IMG/VR virus record: IMGVR_UViG_3300033150_001117
Strand: one strand, 5' to 3'
Source: an uncultured virus (IMG/VR IMGVR_UViG_3300033150_001117)
Lineage: Duplodnaviria > Heunggongvirae > Uroviricota > Caudoviricetes
DNA: 64,000 nt
In this document: positions 26,876 through 36,115 of the stretch, one piece after another
How positions within the stretch are numbered: position 1 is the stretch's first letter
Layout of the letters: every line of letters starts with the position of its first letter
Position numbers and translations under genes: made by a program
Notes under the pieces: model-generated
Databases searched by the model: none
Told to the model about the DNA's origin: nothing
The model's input: only the letters and a program-made list of their open reading frames with translations

Positions 26876-28831
26876 GTGAGACGCATTCTCTTGGCAGCAG
26901 TGCTGCTCGGCTTGACCGCGGTCGCTTACTCGCGGCCCGCGGCCGCCCAGATGCGAATGGATAGGGGCGGCCAGGATACCGATGCCGTTTGGCTGGTGGT
27001 GCCGTCGAATTGCCCGATCTCGATCCGCGGCGGCCCGAATGTCCTGCGGACGGACGGCACCGACGACCACGTACAGTTGCAGCAGGCCGTCACCGCGGCC
27101 TCAGCAACGGGCGGGCGGGTGCAGGCGGCACCCGGAACGCTCTTCTACGGGGCGCCTGCCGGCGAGACGGTGGTCACCGGGACTTCGATCGTTTACGGCT
27201 ACGTAGACGGGGCACTTTCCGAGCAGCAATGCGGGGCGACACTGGAAAGCTACAGCGTCGGGGCCTACGCCGACCTGGCCGTGGGCCAGATTTACCGGGT
27301 GTCGGGCGGCGCCGACGGTGGAGGCAACACCCTGGAGGCCAACCACGAGCCGCTGATCGCGTCGGTCGATTATGTGACACCGGACATCACGCTGGCGGGG
27401 GCCAACTGGACGGATGCCACCAAGACGCTGACTGAGGCAGGCGCATTTGGGACGGCTGCGGTGGGCGACCGGCTGATCTTGACGGCCGGCACCGGGGTGA
27501 CTGCGGGCGTGTACGAGATCGCCACGATTGCAGGGGCACCGGACAGCGTCACCTTAACGGCGGACATTAACGGGGCTGGCGGAAACATCGCCGACAACAG
27601 CGTGGAATCAAAGCCCGGTCTGGTGCTCAGCGAGCCTGTCCAGGAAAACTACGGCGTGGGTGCCGACGCCGACTGTGCAATCAAGCGGATAGTGGGATCG
27701 GTCAAGGTGACCGGCGCAGGGGTGACCATCCAGGGATCGGGGATTTCAGCCACAACGTACAAGCGGCAGGCCGGTGCGGACTGTGCGGCGTTTACATACG
27801 AGGGCGGGGCACCGGGGTCGGCCCAGGTCTACACCTGTTTCCGCGATTTCAGCATCCAGGGCAACAGGGTTGGGGAGACCTATGACGGCGACCAAGCCGG
27901 GATCGTCATCGGCGAGCAGTGCTACGATCCGCACATCGAGATGGTGGGCCTGTTCAACTGTGCCGGCGAGGGGGTGGTGATCTGCAACCCCTGGGGCTTG
28001 AAATGGCTGGGCGGGTGGGTCGAGTATTGCAACGGGATGGGTGCCGTGATCGGCGAGAGCCGCCAGGGGACCGTTCAATCGGTAAAGTTCCAGGCCAACC
28101 TGGGGAACTCCGAGGAAGGCGTCGATACGATGCCGGCCGTCCTGATGCGGTACGTGGAAATGAGCGTGCTCTCCGGCATCTGGATCAACCATTCGGCCGA
28201 CTACGCAATTCGATTCCACGGCGGGAAGGGAAACTCGATCGTCGGCAGCCAAATCAGCCTGGCCAGCGGGGCTGCTGGTTGCGTTGTTTTTGGGGACCCC
28301 TTGGACGCGGTCACGAGCACACGCAACACGATTACCGGCAGCCACTTCGAGTTCTACTTCGCCGGAACGATCGGCATAAAAACGAGCGCGTACAACTATG
28401 GTCAGTCCATTTCCGCCTGTCGTTTCGGGGGACACGCGGCGGCGACCCCCTTGAGCCTGGCCGTCAACACCGCGACGAATGTACGGGCCTGCAGGGGTGT
28501 CGGCGATGTGCTGAGCTGCGGCCACAATATCAAGAGCCAGGCGGACGATTCGTCGATTCCGGTGGGCTCGGCAATCGTCCGTGTAGTGTCGAGCGGAGCC
28601 GGCAACGCCCTACTGGACACCGATCCGGCCATTGCCGATGGGTACGCCGACGGCCAGCGGGTCACGATCGTGGGGACGGATCAGACCAAGACCGTGCAGA
28701 TCAACGACAACTGCAACTGCCAGCTTGACGGTGCCGCCAACGTGGTGTTGGGCCAGGGCGACTCCATCACGCTGCACTGGAACGAGACGGACTCCACGTG
28801 GTACGAGGACTACCGGGCGAACAACAACTAA
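26876..28831 (+). CDS. right-handed beta-helix (pectate-lyase/tailspike-like) protein with signal peptide
   Basis: MRRILLAAVLLGLTAVA..AAAQ; DGTDDHVQLQQAV..GGRV..PGT; VTIQGSG; Asn/Gly-rich coils. Confidence 0.65.
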   Translation: MRRILLAAVLLGLTAVAYSRPAAAQMRMDRGGQDTDAVWLVVPSNCPISIRGGPNVLRTDGTDDHVQLQQAVTAASATGGRVQAAPGTLFYGAPAGETVVTGTSIVYGYVDGALSEQQCGATLESYSVGAYADLAVGQIYRVSGGADGGGNTLEANHEPLIASVDYVTPDITLAGANWTDATKTLTEAGAFGTAAVGDRLILTAGTGVTAGVYEIATIAGAPDSVTLTADINGAGGNIADNSVESKPGLVLSEPVQENYGVGADADCAIKRIVGSVKVTGAGVTIQGSGISATTYKRQAGADCAAFTYEGGAPGSAQVYTCFRDFSIQGNRVGETYDGDQAGIVIGEQCYDPHIEMVGLFNCAGEGVVICNPWGLKWLGGWVEYCNGMGAVIGESRQGTVQSVKFQANLGNSEEGVDTMPAVLMRYVEMSVLSGIWINHSADYAIRFHGGKGNSIVGSQISLASGAAGCVVFGDPLDAVTSTRNTITGSHFEFYFAGTIGIKTSAYNYGQSISACRFGGHAAATPLSLAVNTATNVRACRGVGDVLSCGHNIKSQADDSSIPVGSAIVRVVSSGAGNALLDTDPAIADGYADGQRVTIVGTDQTKTVQINDNCNCQLDGAANVVLGQGDSITLHWNETDSTWYEDYRANNN

Positions 28832-28832
28832 A

Positions 28833-28901
28833 GTCAGGAATTAGGAGTCAGGAGTCAGGGATCAGAGCTGACTCCTGACCCCTGACTCCTGACCCCTGAC
28901 T
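28833..28901. repeat. inverted heptamer arrays forming a long hairpin
   Basis: (GGAGTCA)n followed by (TGAC[CT]CC)n, intergenic. Confidence 0.85.
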
Positions 28902-28912
28902 AAAAAGGAGAG

Positions 28913-29914
28913 ATGATGACTACACTCTATCTGCTACTGGTTTTCTGTGCTCCACCCGGTGACGCCCGGGAGGCGTGGTTGGCCGCGCGGTCCGGGCTGC
29001 CGGTAACTACCATCCGCACGATTCACTCGGAGCCGGCAGCCTACCTGTCGGCGGTCAAGGTCAAGCCGGTTTTCAACTACCTGATATTCTCACCCCCCGA
29101 TGCCGAGCCGGGTGAGGAGCGGTGGCCGGAGTGGCAGCCCAAGCTCTCAAAAGAGTGGGGGATGGCAACTTGTAAATGGCTGTTCCATGCCGACTTGTTC
29201 CCCCGGCATCCGGACGGTGGTTACGACAACTCCGGCTGGATCGACGAGGAGAAGCTGCTGCCGATCGTGCGGAAGCTTCCCCGGGGCTCCACCGTTTGCT
29301 TGAACGTCGAGACTGGAAAATACGGCCAGGACTTCTGGAATGTGCTTCAAGTAGGGGGCGTACACGTCAACCAGGCGGCGGTTGCCAATCGCATCCGCCT
29401 GATCGACTGGCTGCGGGACTACAATCCCGGCTGCCGTTACGGCTACTACGCACAAGTGCCGCCAAAATATGAGGGGTTGGTCACGCACTCATTTGAGACC
29501 TGGCGACGGCAGGCAAAAGACTTGAAGCCGTTGGCCGAAGCGGCGGACTTCCTGTTGTGCGAGGTCTACGCCGACTCGGATTGGTCCGAAGAGTTTGCCT
29601 GCCGGTACATCCTGCACACGGCCTCGACCTGCCGCCATTACTATCCAGACAAGCCCGTCTACTTCTTGCTCTGGCCCGAACACGCCGACTTGTACGGGCA
29701 GTCGTCGGCTGACTACACAATCGAGAACCACCGCACGCGGCTGATCCCGCCTCGCTACTGGCGGGCCATGCTGGAACACTGCTACATGCTGGGCGACGGT
29801 GTGATGCTGTGGGGCGGCTACAAAGTGCCCTGGAACGGCGGCCCGTGGTGGGAAGAGACGGAGGATTTTCTGATCCGGCGCGGTGTAGCACCCATTAAGC
29901 GATTGGAGGAGTGA
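28913..29914 (+). CDS. putative glycoside hydrolase (TIM barrel, hyaluronidase/GH56-like)
   Basis: LNVE, LR..NP..RYGYY..PP, L.PLAEAADFL..VY; hydrophobic N-terminus. Confidence 0.45.
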   Translation: MMTTLYLLLVFCAPPGDAREAWLAARSGLPVTTIRTIHSEPAAYLSAVKVKPVFNYLIFSPPDAEPGEERWPEWQPKLSKEWGMATCKWLFHADLFPRHPDGGYDNSGWIDEEKLLPIVRKLPRGSTVCLNVETGKYGQDFWNVLQVGGVHVNQAAVANRIRLIDWLRDYNPGCRYGYYAQVPPKYEGLVTHSFETWRRQAKDLKPLAEAADFLLCEVYADSDWSEEFACRYILHTASTCRHYYPDKPVYFLLWPEHADLYGQSSADYTIENHRTRLIPPRYWRAMLEHCYMLGDGVMLWGGYKVPWNGGPWWEETEDFLIRRGVAPIKRLEE

Positions 29915-29918
29915 AGTG
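29897..29918 (+). repeat. perfect 22-bp direct repeat (copy 2 at 30296-30317)
   Basis: AAGCGATTGGAGGAGTGAAGTG occurs twice. Confidence 0.95.
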
Positions 29919-30296
29919 GCCGATATCTCTTTGGACGATTTGCTGCCGGTGAACGATTCGGTATATGAACCACCGGACGATCTCATGGAGGTTTTCGCGA
30001 AAGGCGGTCCGGCATGGGAGCTGGCCGATCTCCTCAAGTGGGTAAACGGGGCCGACGAGAAGTTTGCCGCCGGCTGGCAGGCCGGGATTTTCGAGGTGGT
30101 TCTAAAGCTAGGCTGTGCATTTGGGACTTGGGTACGCACGTCCTGCGTTGATGATTTCGTGCAGCGGGCACGGGCATTTGGACGCAAATGCAAGACTGGT
30201 AAAGCATTTAATGGGGATACGTGGATTTCCGTCGAGGCGCATTCGGAGACGGTCGCAGAGAAGTGGAAGCCTTACGCGGAGGGGTGGCCCCGGTGA
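29916..30296 (+). CDS. hypothetical protein
   Basis: 126-aa ORF between the 22-bp repeats. Confidence 0.6.
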   Translation: MADISLDDLLPVNDSVYEPPDDLMEVFAKGGPAWELADLLKWVNGADEKFAAGWQAGIFEVVLKLGCAFGTWVRTSCVDDFVQRARAFGRKCKTGKAFNGDTWISVEAHSETVAEKWKPYAEGWPR

Positions 30297-30314
30297 AGCG
30301 ATTGGAGGAGTGAA

Positions 30315-30659
30315 GTGACCTTCACGATTACCTGGCAGCCCCCACGTCCCAGCGGTGTGCGGATGTGCGAGTTTGAGCATAACCACCAGCGTGTTGAAAT
30401 GAAGGCCGCTGTTTGCGTGCAGAAAACATGGAAAGGTAAGCCGGAGTCTACTGACTGGTTGAAGGACCGTGATGCTTGGGCTCAGAAACATGCACAGATC
30501 ATTGCGGACCGGATGGATTTTGAGGCGAGTTCGGCTGGACTGAAAGCAAAGGCACAGGAAGAGTACGATCATTTAGCGGATGAGATTCAGGTAGCAATGG
30601 ACCGGCGAAGAGACTTGAAGGATAAGCATCCCGATCTTACTGACACGTTGGTAGCATAA
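30315..30659 (+). CDS. hypothetical protein
   Basis: RBS and GTG supplied by the repeat; TAATG coupling to next gene. Confidence 0.6.
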   Translation: MTFTITWQPPRPSGVRMCEFEHNHQRVEMKAAVCVQKTWKGKPESTDWLKDRDAWAQKHAQIIADRMDFEASSAGLKAKAQEEYDHLADEIQVAMDRRRDLKDKHPDLTDTLVA

Positions 30660-32029
30660 TGGCAGCCAAGACATTTGACAATCTCGGTAACGGCTCTGGC
30701 ACTTGGGAAGATGGTACGGATTGGGACCCAGTGGGTGTGCCGGCGGACGGTGATTCGATTGTTATTGCTGCCAACTGTAACGTAACGACCAATTACAAAG
30801 TAGATCGCACATTTATACAGTTGACAGTCAATAACGGGGTCACCTTAACAGTAGACAATGGGGCTGATCTCAAGTTTGATACCAACACCTGTGACTTCTC
30901 TGGAAATCTTACTGTCAAGGCTGGTGGAACAATCACCTTTGAGGACATTACTGAGTTGGAGACCAACGGACTTGTTACTCTGGATGGCGGCACCGTTGAG
31001 ATTGTGGAGACGGATGCTTCGCTAATTACGTGGGAGGCAAAGGGTACTGGAATCGTTGGCACGGCAAACGGTGGAACGATCAAGTTAGTGGCCGCAACGC
31101 TCGACAAGGCTAAGTTCTTGTTGACTAACGTGTCTATTACAGGAGACAGCAACTGTCGGATTATTGTGGACGGGGATAGTGGGGCGTCAGCTGGCTATGT
31201 GGTTTCAGGAGGGGTCGCTGAATTCTCGTATGTTGATTTTGATGGGACAAGCCATGTAGCGCCACCTTCTAAAGGAACGGCATCGTTTGACCATTGCCTG
31301 TTTCACAATATGGGAACGGTTTTTGAGCTTGACGAGCAGTTCTTATTCGTGCGGGATTCTTTCATCTACAGTAATACGAATGGGCTCAAGACTCTTGATC
31401 CGTCCTGGGTTGAGTTTAACAATGTCGTCTTTGGCAAAACTCAGGGGGCCGTAGGGGCGGAGAATGAGGGCTACGATGTAGATATTGATAAGCTGTTCGG
31501 CACATTTCATAACTGTGAGCTGGCTTCGACTACGGCGATTCAGTCGGATGGCAGCTCTTGGCGTTCGCTTTCATTCACGTCTTACGATCAGGACGAAACT
31601 GATTGGCTTCATTATCAAGGTCGAGGGCATTTGGCACTTCCCGAATTTGGGGCGGGGGCTCAAGGCGGAGCGGGTACAGCAGTCAAGTGCGTGACTTCTG
31701 CTAACGCAGCGGATACAGATATAAGCCGTTTCCGCCGGCTGGTTGGTTTCATTCCTGCCACGCATGGCGACATTCTCGCGGTCACACTCTACATTAAGGG
31801 CACGAACGCCACGACGGCCAAGCTCCGCATTGACCCCGACAGCATCTATGGCACTACACAGGTGTGGAACGAGACAGCGGACGGCAACTGGAATCAGCGG
31901 ACTATCCCTAACTACACAGTCAACGTCTCCGGTGGGGCGGGAACGAAAGTTTGTATCCCAATCTACCTGGATATGTACGGTGCCTCTGAAACCTGGTATT
32001 ACGACACCCTGGACTGGACGGTGAGTTGA
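30659..32029 (+). CDS. beta-helix/G8-like putative virion or adhesion protein
   Basis: G.W...W...VP..GD..VI N-terminus; Thr/Gly/Asn-rich beta repeats. Confidence 0.55.
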   Translation: MAAKTFDNLGNGSGTWEDGTDWDPVGVPADGDSIVIAANCNVTTNYKVDRTFIQLTVNNGVTLTVDNGADLKFDTNTCDFSGNLTVKAGGTITFEDITELETNGLVTLDGGTVEIVETDASLITWEAKGTGIVGTANGGTIKLVAATLDKAKFLLTNVSITGDSNCRIIVDGDSGASAGYVVSGGVAEFSYVDFDGTSHVAPPSKGTASFDHCLFHNMGTVFELDEQFLFVRDSFIYSNTNGLKTLDPSWVEFNNVVFGKTQGAVGAENEGYDVDIDKLFGTFHNCELASTTAIQSDGSSWRSLSFTSYDQDETDWLHYQGRGHLALPEFGAGAQGGAGTAVKCVTSANAADTDISRFRRLVGFIPATHGDILAVTLYIKGTNATTAKLRIDPDSIYGTTQVWNETADGNWNQRTIPNYTVNVSGGAGTKVCIPIYLDMYGASETWYYDTLDWTVS

Positions 32030-32229
32030 TGGCCCACGCATCCACCACGTTTGACTACCATTACGAAGGCAAGGTGGCCTTAAACGAGGTGCCGGCGGGC
32101 GTTGATACCAAAGCCTTCGATTATCACTATGAAGGCGTTCCACCCATTGCTGAGGCAGCAGCGGCACCGTCGGGCCTCAGCATCCCGATTGCTATGCGAC
32201 ATTACTTACAGATGCAGGGGGCAGGTTGA
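32026..32229 (+). CDS. small protein with duplicated FDYHYEG motif
   Basis: Overlaps both neighbours; internal repeat. Confidence 0.55.
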   Translation: MMAHASTTFDYHYEGKVALNEVPAGVDTKAFDYHYEGVPPIAEAAAAPSGLSIPIAMRHYLQMQGAG

Positions 32230-34367
32230 TGTTCTTCATCCGACAAGGTGCTACGCACAAGGTTGTCCTTGGTCCTGCCGTTGCGGTTGGGGACGGCTTC
32301 ACGCCGGTGGTGAACCTGGACATAGCCACGGCGGACGAAGCTGAAGCCATTTTGCACGACAATGGCACAGTTGTGGACATTTCGGGATACACTTGGGCAG
32401 CTATCACCACGGCCGACGGCTACTACCACCTGACCCTCCAGGCTGCTATCTCAGGTACAGTTGGACACTTGACTATTGTTGTCAACGACGACGACCTGAT
32501 TTTACCCCTGCGTGCAGACTTTACGGTTTTGGATACTGCTGCTTATGATGCACACTTCAAGGACGCGGCGGCGGGGCCGTTGCAGGCAACTGTTGCCGGC
32601 CGCAAGCTGGATGTCAATGCTGCTGGAGAAGCCGGGCTGGACTTCGACAACACTTCGGGGACAATCGACGCGGCACAGTTGGGGGCGGATTGTATCACCT
32701 CGGCCAAGATCGCCAATGATGCCATTTCGGCTGAGCATATAAACACGGGTGCCTTCACAGCGGATGCCTTTGCAGCCAATGCTCTAACGGCCAATACTTT
32801 CGCCGCAAACTCCCTGGACGGCAAGGGTGACTGGAACATTGGAAAGGCCGGCTACACGCTCACCAACCTGAGCGATGCTAACGCTGCTAAGCTGGAACAC
32901 ATCCTCGATGGTACTGGCGGAACTGGAATAACGCTCAACTCGCTTGTCATCAACGGCAACGCGGCCGGTGGGGTAGTGGACATCGACAATGCAGGAGGGC
33001 CTGGGATAGCAGTTAACGGCAGTACGCTAGGGGTAGATATCGACGGGGCTGCCGGTTCCGCTATTCAGGCAACAGGTACGTCTCACGGGCTAGAAATTGC
33101 AGCTTCGGCAGGACCGGGCGTGGAAATCGACGGCACGACCTTTGGCGTCGATATTGACTGTAGCAACGGACCGGGAATCCAGATCGACTCGGCGAACAAC
33201 CACGCCGTCTACCTCCAAGGCGGAGGTGCTGGCTCAGGTCTCTACGCCGTTGGCGGTGCAACCAACGCACCAGGTATTCGCGGTCTCGGTAACGGTAGCG
33301 GAGCCGGAATCTATGCGGAAGGCGGAAACGACGGGCACGGCATCCAGTCAATGGGCGGTGCTCTGACCGGTGACGGGATCTATGCCGCTGGTCAAACGGC
33401 TGGGGACGGGATGACCCTGGTGGGCGCGGGGGCGGGGCAGTACGACCTGAACGCCGACATCCACGGTACGCTTGACACGGTTACAACCGTAACGACTACG
33501 ACCGATGTGACGAATGACGTAGGTATTACAGCAGCCGCGGTAGATGCAATCTGGGACGAGGTCCTTACTGGGGCTACCCACAATGTGCCGACCTCCGCCG
33601 GGCGAAGGCTGCGGCTAGCAGAAGATACCACAGTGTTGCTGGACGGCACGGCAACGGCTGGTGGAGCCAACACTATTCAACTTCAGGAAGGTGCGTCCGC
33701 CGATGATAACTCGTACCGCTACACGCTGATCGTTCTGACTGGGGGGACCGGAGCCGGACAAGCTCGTCACGTTGAGAGCTACAACGGGGGGACTCGCACA
33801 ATAACTGTTGACAGGGAGTGGGTTACTAATCCAGATGACACGACGGAGTACACTCTCTATCCGTGGTCGCGTACCCACGTGCACGTCCTGGGCTCGGGTG
33901 CGATTGTTGCAGCTTCATTTGCAGCAAATTCCTTGGACGCTGCTACCTTCGCGGCCAACTCACTTAATGGTAAGGGGGACTGGAACACGGTTGAACCTGC
34001 AACTCAAGCTCAATTAAATGACCGAACGTTGCCGGCAGATGATTATGCCACGAAGGCAATTTGCTCTGAGACTAGGCTAGCGCAGTTGGACGCAGCAAAT
34101 CTTCCGGCAGATATTGGCGAGATTCCTACGACTAAAACAGGATACAAGCTGGCGAGCGACGGTCTGGACGCGGTGGCCACCACGGCTCCGGCTGGAGTGG
34201 CCGGCAATTTCCGCGAGATGATGGTGCAGCTTTTCCGCCGTTTCTTCAAGAAGTCAACGCTCACGAGCACGGAGCTGAAGACCTACGCTGACAACGGGAC
34301 GGACGTGCTGACCACGCAGGCGGTCTCGGACGATGGAACCACGCAAACCCAGGAGGCGTCCTCGTGA
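32226..34367 (+). CDS. fibre-like/decoration structural protein
   Basis: Gly/Ala/Thr-rich; ITSAKIA repeats; LTGGTGAGQAR domain. Confidence 0.6.
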   Translation: MMFFIRQGATHKVVLGPAVAVGDGFTPVVNLDIATADEAEAILHDNGTVVDISGYTWAAITTADGYYHLTLQAAISGTVGHLTIVVNDDDLILPLRADFTVLDTAAYDAHFKDAAAGPLQATVAGRKLDVNAAGEAGLDFDNTSGTIDAAQLGADCITSAKIANDAISAEHINTGAFTADAFAANALTANTFAANSLDGKGDWNIGKAGYTLTNLSDANAAKLEHILDGTGGTGITLNSLVINGNAAGGVVDIDNAGGPGIAVNGSTLGVDIDGAAGSAIQATGTSHGLEIAASAGPGVEIDGTTFGVDIDCSNGPGIQIDSANNHAVYLQGGGAGSGLYAVGGATNAPGIRGLGNGSGAGIYAEGGNDGHGIQSMGGALTGDGIYAAGQTAGDGMTLVGAGAGQYDLNADIHGTLDTVTTVTTTTDVTNDVGITAAAVDAIWDEVLTGATHNVPTSAGRRLRLAEDTTVLLDGTATAGGANTIQLQEGASADDNSYRYTLIVLTGGTGAGQARHVESYNGGTRTITVDREWVTNPDDTTEYTLYPWSRTHVHVLGSGAIVAASFAANSLDAATFAANSLNGKGDWNTVEPATQAQLNDRTLPADDYATKAICSETRLAQLDAANLPADIGEIPTTKTGYKLASDGLDAVATTAPAGVAGNFREMMVQLFRRFFKKSTLTSTELKTYADNGTDVLTTQAVSDDGTTQTQEASS

Positions 34368-34594
34368 GGCTGTTCGGCAAGCGAGACGGGGCGGTCGATC
34401 GGCTGGACCGCGCGGAATGGCTGACACCGCCGTTCGACCTGGCCTTCTCGGCCGCCGCGGCGAAGTTCCCCGGCGACACGGACTGGAGCCAGGCAGGTGT
34501 GGGCGATAGTGCTTGGAGCCAAGCTGGAGTCGGACGCAGTGCTTGGAGCCAGGCAGGAGTCGGGGCGGTGAGCGTAGCCGCGAGGGAGTCCTGA
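34364..34594 (+). CDS. small protein with 3x WSQAGVG repeats
   Basis: 30-bp period repeats at 34484, 34514, 34544. Confidence 0.5.
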   Translation: MRLFGKRDGAVDRLDRAEWLTPPFDLAFSAAAAKFPGDTDWSQAGVGDSAWSQAGVGRSAWSQAGVGAVSVAARES

Positions 34595-34595
34595 C

Positions 34596-34991
34596 ATGAG
34601 CTTCGAGGTCAAGGCGCACGCCAACCGGACGGTCGACTTCACGGTCGTGCTGAAGACCGCCGGCGGGGACTACCTTCAGCTCCAGGCAAGCGACGTGGTG
34701 AGGGTGAAGGTCGGCCGGGCAGGGACAGTCGAGCTGGACCTGGACTCGATAGCAGCGACGCCGAACGGGTCGGTGGTGACGGTGGACCAGCTCGGCGACG
34801 GCTCGGCGACGCACGCCTCGGCGACGGTGCGGCTGGCGCAGGGGGACTTGGACGGGATGCAGGGGACCTACGACATCTCCATTGGCGTCGTAGATGATTC
34901 AGAAAGTGCGCCGGCAGATGCTTTCAAGTGCGCTGAAATGGGAGCGCTGTCGGTAATCCCGACGATGAACGGTGATGTGGGATTGACATGA
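34596..34991 (+). CDS. putative structural protein (beta-sandwich)
   Basis: Beta-rich; ATGA-coupled to adaptor gene. Confidence 0.55.
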   Translation: MSFEVKAHANRTVDFTVVLKTAGGDYLQLQASDVVRVKVGRAGTVELDLDSIAATPNGSVVTVDQLGDGSATHASATVRLAQGDLDGMQGTYDISIGVVDDSESAPADAFKCAEMGALSVIPTMNGDVGLT

Positions 34992-35713
34992 TTTGCGCTC
35001 GTGCTGAAATCCTGAGCTTCCTGGGCAAGGCCGGCAGCGTGACCGACGCCGAGGACGGCCTGCTGAACCTGATCGCCCCGATGGTCGAGATGTCGGTCAA
35101 GCGGTTCGTCGGCTACTCGATCGAGCAGGCGACGCACACTCACTACCTGCCGAGGGACCGGCGGGGCGGGAACGTCGACCCGGCGGTGCGGTACTACGAT
35201 GTGCAGGGAGGCAGGGCGGTGGCGGCCACGGTCGGCGGCGTGGCCGAGGCGGCGATGCTGCTGGTGCCCGAGCTGCCGCTGCGGTCGATCACCAACCTGT
35301 ACGAGGACACGAGCGCGTATGCGGGGCAGGGCAGCAGTGACTTCGCACCGGCGACGGAGCTGACCAGCGGGACGGACTTCTATGTGCAGTACGAGCCGGC
35401 GGGATTGTGCAGGAGCGGGATCATCCGCCGCATAGGAGGCTACTGGCCGGCTCGCAACGGCACGGTAAAGGTGGTCTACGTGGCCGGCTACACGCAGGCA
35501 GAGCTGAGCACGGGGATCGCGGCGGATATTAAGCTGGCCTGCCTGTTGGGCATCCAGCACGCCTTTGGGCAGAGGGGCGAGAACGCGGGGACGATCAAGG
35601 CGGAGCGGCTCGGCGACTACGGGGTGACATACGCGGTCGAGCGGGCCGGTCAGATGCCCCGGCAGGCGAAGAAGCTGCTGGCTCCTTTTGTGTCGTTGGG
35701 AAAATTCCTGTGA
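34988..35713 (+). CDS. head-tail adaptor (gp6/gp15-like)
   Basis: VKVVYVAGY..ADIKLAC..ERLGDYGVTY..LLAPF. Confidence 0.75.
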   Translation: MICARAEILSFLGKAGSVTDAEDGLLNLIAPMVEMSVKRFVGYSIEQATHTHYLPRDRRGGNVDPAVRYYDVQGGRAVAATVGGVAEAAMLLVPELPLRSITNLYEDTSAYAGQGSSDFAPATELTSGTDFYVQYEPAGLCRSGIIRRIGGYWPARNGTVKVVYVAGYTQAELSTGIAADIKLACLLGIQHAFGQRGENAGTIKAERLGDYGVTYAVERAGQMPRQAKKLLAPFVSLGKFL

Positions 35714-35720
35714 ACCATCA

Positions 35721-35778
35721 ATCAGGAGTCAGCCCCCTGACTCCTGACTCCTGACCTATGACCCCTGACCCCTGACCT
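35721..35778. repeat. heptamer array (mainly reverse orientation) with hairpin
   Basis: tcaggagtcag-ccc-cctgactcctgactcctgacctatgacccctgacccctgacct. Confidence 0.85.
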
Positions 35779-36114
35779 ATGAGCATCCAATCCCTCTGTG
35801 ACAAGCTGGTGACGCCTTACGCCCGAGTGAGGGCCGAGGGTCGGGCAGGCAGTGCCGCCTACACGTACCCGACGGCGGGCGCGGCGTTCCGAGCGAGGAT
35901 TCAGCCGTCGGGCGCCTACGAGCGGATGATCGCCTTGCAGCGGGACTCGGAGATCAGCCACGTAATGTACACGGCGGCGGACCCAGGCCTGAATGAGGGT
36001 GACCGGATCTTATGGGACGGGCGCAACTTCGACGTGCAGGCGAAGGCGGTCAACTTCGACGAGCAGGACAGACTGTGGAAGACGGAGCTGCTGGAGACCG
36101 GGCAGCAGCAGTGA
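35779..36114 (+). CDS. head closure/stopper (SPP1 gp16-like)
   Basis: ARIQP, GDRILWDGRNFDV; synteny. Confidence 0.75.
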   Translation: MSIQSLCDKLVTPYARVRAEGRAGSAAYTYPTAGAAFRARIQPSGAYERMIALQRDSEISHVMYTAADPGLNEGDRILWDGRNFDVQAKAVNFDEQDRLWKTELLETGQQQ

Positions 36115-36115
36115 C

